From assembly GCA_003137135.1 (NCBI GenBank), contig PLFB01000182.1, forward strand, positions 6,391 to 56,744: a DNA stretch of 50,354 nt, read 5' to 3'. The position numbers were made by a program, and so were the translations under genes. The notes under the pieces are model-generated. The model was not told the DNA's origin, made no database searches, and was given only the letters and a program-made list of their open reading frames with translations. Below are positions 45,398 through 50,354 of the stretch, one piece after another. This DNA is from Acetobacteraceae bacterium (GTDB taxonomy: Bacteria; Pseudomonadota; Alphaproteobacteria; Acetobacterales; Acetobacteraceae). The stretch's first letter is position 1; each line of letters starts with the position of its first letter.

Positions 45398-46512
45398 ACA
45401 CGCCAAACTTCAAATCATTGGTGCGATTCGCGGCGCTGCTCGCCGGCCTCGGCCTGCCCGGCTTCGCCGCGGCCGACACCACCACCATCGGCTCGCTGGT
45501 CAGCGTCGGCGGCGCGCCGACCAACCAGCTCTACGGCTACGGCCTCGTCGTCGGGCTGCCCAGCACCGGCGACCAGACCACCGAAGTGCCCTACACGCAG
45601 CAGGCGATCCTCAACATGCTGCGCAACATGGGCATCGCTTTGCCCAACGTGACGTTCATGCAGCCGCAGGACGTCGCCTCCGTCATCGTGACAGCCGAGG
45701 TGCCGGCCTTCGCGCATGCCGGCCAGCACATCGACGTTTCGGTCTCCGCCATGGGCAACGCCACCTCGCTCGCCGGCGGTGTGCTGCTCCCCACGCCGAT
45801 GCGCGGCGGCAACGGCCAGGTTTACGCGCAGGCGCAAGGCCCGCTGCTGGTCAGCGGCTACGCCGCCGCCGCTGGCGGCACCTCCTCCAGCGTCAACGTG
45901 CCGACCGTCGGCTCGCTGCCGGGCGGCGGCATCATGTCGGCGACGATCCCGGCCACCTTTTCTCAGAACGGTGCCATCCAGCTGCTGCTGAACAGCCCCA
46001 GCTACCAGACCGCGCAGCAAATCGCCGACCTGATCACCGCGCAATACGGCCCGGACGTTGCCACCGCGGTCTCGCCCGCCGAAGTCGATCTGAATTATTA
46101 CGGCACCGGCGATGTCCGCTTCATGGCCACCGTCCTCAACATTCCCATCACGCCGCAGGATCAGCAGCCCACCATCGTCGTCGATGCGCAAAGCGGCACC
46201 ATCGTGATGAACGCAGGGGTCTCGCTCGGGCCGGCGGTGGTCTCGCATGGCGATCTCACGGTCAACATCACCACGGAGAACGCTGTCAGCCAGCCGGGCG
46301 CACTCAGCAACGGCACCACGGTCGGCGTGCAGAACACCTCGGTCAACGCCAGCCAGAGCAAGGCCAGCGTCGTCAATCTGCCGCACGCCGCCACGCTGGC
46401 GGACGTCGCGCGTGCGTTGAATGCCGTCGGCGCGACACCCGCCGACCTCGTCGCCATCATCGAGGCGCTCAAGCAGGCCGGCGCGATCAACGGCAACATC
46501 AAGGTCATCTGA
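45394..46512 (+). CDS. flgI: P-ring protein FlgI
   Basis: NQL.GYGLVVGL..TGD, SL.GG.LL.TP, YAQAQG, NA.G.TP.DL.AI..ALK.AGA; TTG start overlapping the flgH stop is inferred. Confidence 0.95.
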   Translation: MNTPNFKSLVRFAALLAGLGLPGFAAADTTTIGSLVSVGGAPTNQLYGYGLVVGLPSTGDQTTEVPYTQQAILNMLRNMGIALPNVTFMQPQDVASVIVTAEVPAFAHAGQHIDVSVSAMGNATSLAGGVLLPTPMRGGNGQVYAQAQGPLLVSGYAAAAGGTSSSVNVPTVGSLPGGGIMSATIPATFSQNGAIQLLLNSPSYQTAQQIADLITAQYGPDVATAVSPAEVDLNYYGTGDVRFMATVLNIPITPQDQQPTIVVDAQSGTIVMNAGVSLGPAVVSHGDLTVNITTENAVSQPGALSNGTTVGVQNTSVNASQSKASVVNLPHAATLADVARALNAVGATPADLVAIIEALKQAGAINGNIKVI

Positions 46513-47399
46513 TGACGGCCTCGCTCGACCGCGCGGCGTTACTGACGGGGCAGAGCAGCGCCGCGCGCCCGACGATCGCGCAAACCGCGACCCACATGGC
46601 CGGCATGCTCTGGTACCAGATGCTCTCGGAAATGAGCCAGACCGGGTTTGATTCCGACTCGCTCGGCACCGGCGGCTCGGATTTCCAGAACATGTTTTTG
46701 TACAACATCGCGCAAAACGATTTCGGCAAATACGACAAAGGCCTGACCGACGCGCTGATCAAGCAGTTGACCAACAGCAGCCAGGCGCCATCGCCCGCCA
46801 TCAGCACCGCCGGCGCCAGCCCAACCAGCCAGGATGCCGCCATGTCCTCGATCGCCACGATGGGCACCCCGCCGGCCCAACCGGTATCCGCGCCGGCGCC
46901 GGCGCCGAGCCAAACCCTGGTGCAGCAGGCGACCAATTTCGCGCAATCGGTCTGGCCGCAAATCCAGGACGCGGCCGAGGTCCTGAACGTCTCCCCCGTC
47001 GGCCTGCTCGCCCAGACCGCGCTGGAAACCGGCTGGGGTGCCGCCGCCGCCGGCAACAATTTGTTCGGCATCAAGGCCGCATCCGGCCAATCCGGCACGG
47101 TGCGAGACACGCATGAAGTCGTGAACGGGGTGCTGACGCCGCAGACCGCGACGTTTCGGGATTATGCCACGCCGGCCGCCAGCATTTCAGACTATGTCGG
47201 CGAAATTCGGGCCAATTTCGAAGCGGTCGCCGGGCAGTCCTCGATCAGCGGTTTCGCGCACGCCCTGCAGACCTCCGGCTATGCCACCGACACGAACTAT
47301 GCCGCCAAAATCATCAGCATCTCGAACTCACCCTTGATGCAGCAGGTGCTGCAATCGGTCGGCGCCGCGCCAAGCAACGCCGCCGCGCCAGACCCCTAA
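46512..47399 (+). CDS. flgJ: FlgJ (rod-cap domain plus glucosaminidase/muramidase domain)
   Basis: TGATG-coupled start; AQ.ALETGWG, NNLFGIKA, FRDY and GYATD..YA.K. Confidence 0.9.
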   Translation: MTASLDRAALLTGQSSAARPTIAQTATHMAGMLWYQMLSEMSQTGFDSDSLGTGGSDFQNMFLYNIAQNDFGKYDKGLTDALIKQLTNSSQAPSPAISTAGASPTSQDAAMSSIATMGTPPAQPVSAPAPAPSQTLVQQATNFAQSVWPQIQDAAEVLNVSPVGLLAQTALETGWGAAAAGNNLFGIKAASGQSGTVRDTHEVVNGVLTPQTATFRDYATPAASISDYVGEIRANFEAVAGQSSISGFAHALQTSGYATDTNYAAKIISISNSPLMQQVLQSVGAAPSNAAAPDP

Positions 47400-47435
47400 A
47401 ATCAAAATGACAAAAATGCGCACGAGGACAAAACG

Positions 47436-49382
47436 ATGAGCGGGCTGATCGGGGCGATGAACACGGCCCTCTCCGGGATCGAGGCGTTCGAGGCCGGCAT
47501 CAATACCGTCTCGGAGAACCTCACCAACGCGGCGACCCCCGGCTACGCCGTGGAAACCGTCAATCTGAGCACCGCCGTCGCCAATGCCAACCAGCCCGGC
47601 ACCGGCGTGGAAACCCCGCAAATCGCCCGCGCCGCCGACGGTTTTGTCGCCGGCGTGTTGCGCACCGCCAACAGCGCCGGCGCCGCCGCCACGGTCATGT
47701 CCACCTCCCTGTCCAACATCTCGAATGCGCTGCAGGACGACGGCGACGTGCAAAGCGCCATGAACCAATTTTTCACCGACGTCGCCGCCCTCGCCGCCGA
47801 CCCGACCAGCGGCGGCGCGCAACAGACGGTCTTGTCGGACGCGCAGAACGTCGCCGGCAGTTTCCAAAGCGCCGCCGGCTCGATCACGCAGACCATGACC
47901 GGCGCCGTCACGGCGCTCGGCCAAAACGTCACGGCGGCGAACAACCTGCTCGGCCAGCTCAAAATCATCAACCAGGACCTGCAGGCCTCGCCGAACGACC
48001 CGACGCTGGAAGACCAGCAGGAGGCCGCGCTCAATTCACTCGCCAGCCTGTTGCCCGTCAATGTTTTGCCGCAAAGCGACGGCGCGGTCATCGTCGCCTC
48101 CGGCGGCACCGTCCTGCTCGACCAGAGCGGCGTGAAATCGCTGTCCCTGACGGGCGGCACAGGTGCTGAGCCGCCGTCCATCACCGCCGGCGCCGCGGAT
48201 ACGGCCGTGACCTTGACCGCGACCGACGGGCAAATCGGGGCGAATATCGCCAGCTGGAACGCCGGCGCCGCGGCGAACCAGTCGCTCGGCACGCTCGCCA
48301 GCGTGTTCGCCGCGAACGTGAACACCTCGCAGGCCGAAGGCCTCACCTCCGCCGGCGCGCCAGGCGCCGCCTTGTTCGCCGTGCCGTCCCCCAGCGTCGC
48401 GCCGGCGGCCGGCAATACCGGCACGGCCAGCCTCACCGCGCAGATCACCAACGCCGGCCAGGTGCCCACAGACGGCGGCCCCTTCACCCTCTCCTACAGC
48501 GCCGCCAACGGCTGGAGCGCCACCGACCAGGCCAGCGGCACGCTCTATCCGGTTACCGTCAACGGCGGCACGCTGGCCTTCGCCGGCATGACGCTGAACG
48601 TCAGCGGCGCTCCCGCCTCCGGCGACCAGTTTGCCGTCAACCCAGCGCCGGGCGCCGCCGCCGCCATCAGCGTCGCCGCGACGAACCCGGATCAGATCGC
48701 CGCCGCCGACCCCTACGTCGCCTCGCCCGGCACCCTGCAGGCGAACGGCAGCGTCGTCGATAACAATGCCGGCCAGCTCACCGCCGGGAACGACACCGTC
48801 ACCAGCACGCCCGCCGCCGGCGCCGCCGTCGTCCCCGCAAATTATTACGGCCAGACGCTGCAAATCACCTTCACCTCATCCTCGGCCTACAACGTCGAGA
48901 CCACCGCCAACCCGCCCACCGTGGTGGCATCCGGCAGCCTGTCCGGCGGCAATGGAACCATCGCCGTCGCCTATCCGGCGGGTGCTGCGTCGGGCAATTA
49001 CTGGCAGCTCCCCATCTCCGGCACGCCCGCGGCCGGCGACACACTCACCCTGCAGCCCGGCGGCCCCAGCAGCGGCAGCAACGCCACCCGCATGGCGGCC
49101 ATCTGGACGTCTCCCGGCACATCCTCGCAAGGCACGCTGCAAACCGCCGCGGTCGGCCTCAACACCTCGCTCGGCGCGAACGCCCAGGAGGCCGCGACGC
49201 TCGCCACCTCCAGCGCCTCGCAGGTGACCGCCGCGACCACCAGCCTGCAGACCATCAGCGGCGTCTCGCCCGACCAGCAGGCGGTGCTGCTGGCCAACTA
49301 CCAGCAATCCTATCAGGCCGCCGCCCAGGTGATCGCGGCCGCTAACACGATGTTCAATTCCCTGCTCTCCGCGGTGCAATAA
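47436..49382 (+). CDS. flgK: Hook-associated protein 1 FlgK
   Basis: ALSG, N..NA.TPGY, FF...A.DP, SGV..D and YQ.SY.A.A.VI. Confidence 0.9.
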   Translation: MSGLIGAMNTALSGIEAFEAGINTVSENLTNAATPGYAVETVNLSTAVANANQPGTGVETPQIARAADGFVAGVLRTANSAGAAATVMSTSLSNISNALQDDGDVQSAMNQFFTDVAALAADPTSGGAQQTVLSDAQNVAGSFQSAAGSITQTMTGAVTALGQNVTAANNLLGQLKIINQDLQASPNDPTLEDQQEAALNSLASLLPVNVLPQSDGAVIVASGGTVLLDQSGVKSLSLTGGTGAEPPSITAGAADTAVTLTATDGQIGANIASWNAGAAANQSLGTLASVFAANVNTSQAEGLTSAGAPGAALFAVPSPSVAPAAGNTGTASLTAQITNAGQVPTDGGPFTLSYSAANGWSATDQASGTLYPVTVNGGTLAFAGMTLNVSGAPASGDQFAVNPAPGAAAAISVAATNPDQIAAADPYVASPGTLQANGSVVDNNAGQLTAGNDTVTSTPAAGAAVVPANYYGQTLQITFTSSSAYNVETTANPPTVVASGSLSGGNGTIAVAYPAGAASGNYWQLPISGTPAAGDTLTLQPGGPSSGSNATRMAAIWTSPGTSSQGTLQTAAVGLNTSLGANAQEAATLATSSASQVTAATTSLQTISGVSPDQQAVLLANYQQSYQAAAQVIAAANTMFNSLLSAVQ

Positions 49383-49393
49383 AGCCCGCCTTG

Positions 49394-49720
49394 ATGGACC
49401 AAAACTTTTCCTTCGCGACGGTGCTGACGACGCTGCTGCCGCTGGCCGTCATCCTGGCGTGCCTGATGGCGGTCGCCTATTTCGGCCGCCGCATCAGGTC
49501 CGGCCGGTTCGGCCTCAGCCCGGCCCAGCCATCCGCCATCAACATCATCGCCACCCGCTCCTTCGGCGGCCAATCCTCGCTCCTCATCGTCGAAGCCGAA
49601 GGCCGCCGTTTTCTCGTCAGCGCCGGCCGGCAAGGCATCCGCCCCATCGGCAGCCTCGACCCCACCTCGCCAATCGCCGCCGCTGATTTTTTGCCGCGCG
49701 GTGAGGCAGGCCCGGCGTGA
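49394..49720 (+). CDS. fliO: FliO-like protein
   Basis: One TM segment plus LLIVE.EG..FLV; position directly before fliP. Confidence 0.75.
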   Translation: MDQNFSFATVLTTLLPLAVILACLMAVAYFGRRIRSGRFGLSPAQPSAINIIATRSFGGQSSLLIVEAEGRRFLVSAGRQGIRPIGSLDPTSPIAAADFLPRGEAGPA

Positions 49721-50354
49721 GAAAATGTTTCAGAATCTTCGGCCTGGCGGCGCTTTTCGCGATCGGGTTCGCCGGCTTCGCCCACGCCGCCACCGCCGAC
49801 GGGCTCACTCTGTTGAGCGCCGGCGGCCAGCAGGGCCAGGCATCCTACTCGCTCAACGTCCAGACGCTCCTCGTCATCACCGGCCTGGCCTTCCTGCCCG
49901 GCATCATCCTGCTGATGACGCCCTTCACCCGCATCATCATCGTGCTCTCGATCATGCGCCAGGCGCTCGGCCTGCAAACCACGCCGCCGAACATGATTCT
50001 GGCGGCGCTTGCCCTCGCGATGACGGTGTTCGTCATGCGCCCGATCCTCCAGCAGGAGCAAACCGCCGCCATCCAGCCCTACCTCGCCGGACAAATCGGT
50101 TTTTCCGAGGCGGTGCAAAACGCCGAGCCGCCGATGCAGAATTTTATGCTCTCGCAAACCCGCAAGGAACCGCTGCATCTGTTCGTCGATTTGAGCGGCG
50201 GGCATTATGCAACCGCCCTGGATATACCTTTCACTGTACTCGTCCCGGCGTTCGCGACCTCCGAACTGGAGACGGCGTTTCAGGTCAGCTTTCTCATCTA
50301 CATCCCCTTCGTCCTGATCGACCTCGCCGTGGCCTCCGTCCTGATGTCGCTCGG
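49717..50354 (+). CDS. fliP: FliP (partial, runs off the window end)
   Basis: Hand translation from GTG 49717: YSLNVQTLL..T.L.FLP..LLMT.FTRIIIVLS..RQALG.Q..PPN, LVPAF..SEL..AF, IPF..IDL.VASVLM. Confidence 0.95.
   Translation, partial: MRKCFRIFGLAALFAIGFAGFAHAATADGLTLLSAGGQQGQASYSLNVQTLLVITGLAFLPGIILLMTPFTRIIIVLSIMRQALGLQTTPPNMILAALALAMTVFVMRPILQQEQTAAIQPYLAGQIGFSEAVQNAEPPMQNFMLSQTRKEPLHLFVDLSGGHYATALDIPFTVLVPAFATSELETAFQVSFLIYIPFVLIDLAVASVLMSL

Noticed and set aside
45318-47399. 693-aa FlgJ fusion
   Set aside because: The N-terminal part overlaps flgI out of frame; the real start is 46512.

Overview
GC-rich alphaproteobacterial DNA, inferred to be Acetobacteraceae and probably an Acidocella/Acidiphilium-like acidophile. 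The left ~21 kb holds metabolic and envelope genes: a sigma54-type trtA-permease-atzG-atzE-atzH nitrogen-scavenging operon, a Tat-exported superoxide-reductase-like protein, ppc, an MFS transporter, a Clp-fold protease, a flavin monooxygenase, a glyoxalase, small exported proteins, D-aminopeptidase, a priming glycosyltransferase with a perfect CtrA box, and a 923-aa repeat surface protein. The right ~30 kb is a flagellar cluster of beta/gamma-proteobacterial organisation. One arm is fliE-F-G-K-MN-Q-flhA-fliA-motAB-orf-fliH-I-J, then flgL, a sulfotransferase/glycosyltransferase, flgA and fliL; the divergent arm is flgBCDEFGHIJK-fliO-fliP, cut by the window edge. Unusual flagellar traits are a FliM-FliN fusion with no CheY-binding peptide and a candidate internal start, a short sigma28 apparently lacking region 3, and hook/junction proteins almost free of Lys/Arg. 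The most striking non-coding signal is a family of about 11 nested-palindrome repeats (~100-200 bp). They have conserved A/T-tract arms and swappable, covarying hairpin cores and often abut stop codons. One copy is read in frame as the N-terminus of FlgH and another supplies the stop codon of D-aminopeptidase. No tRNA, rRNA, CRISPR array or transposase was seen.
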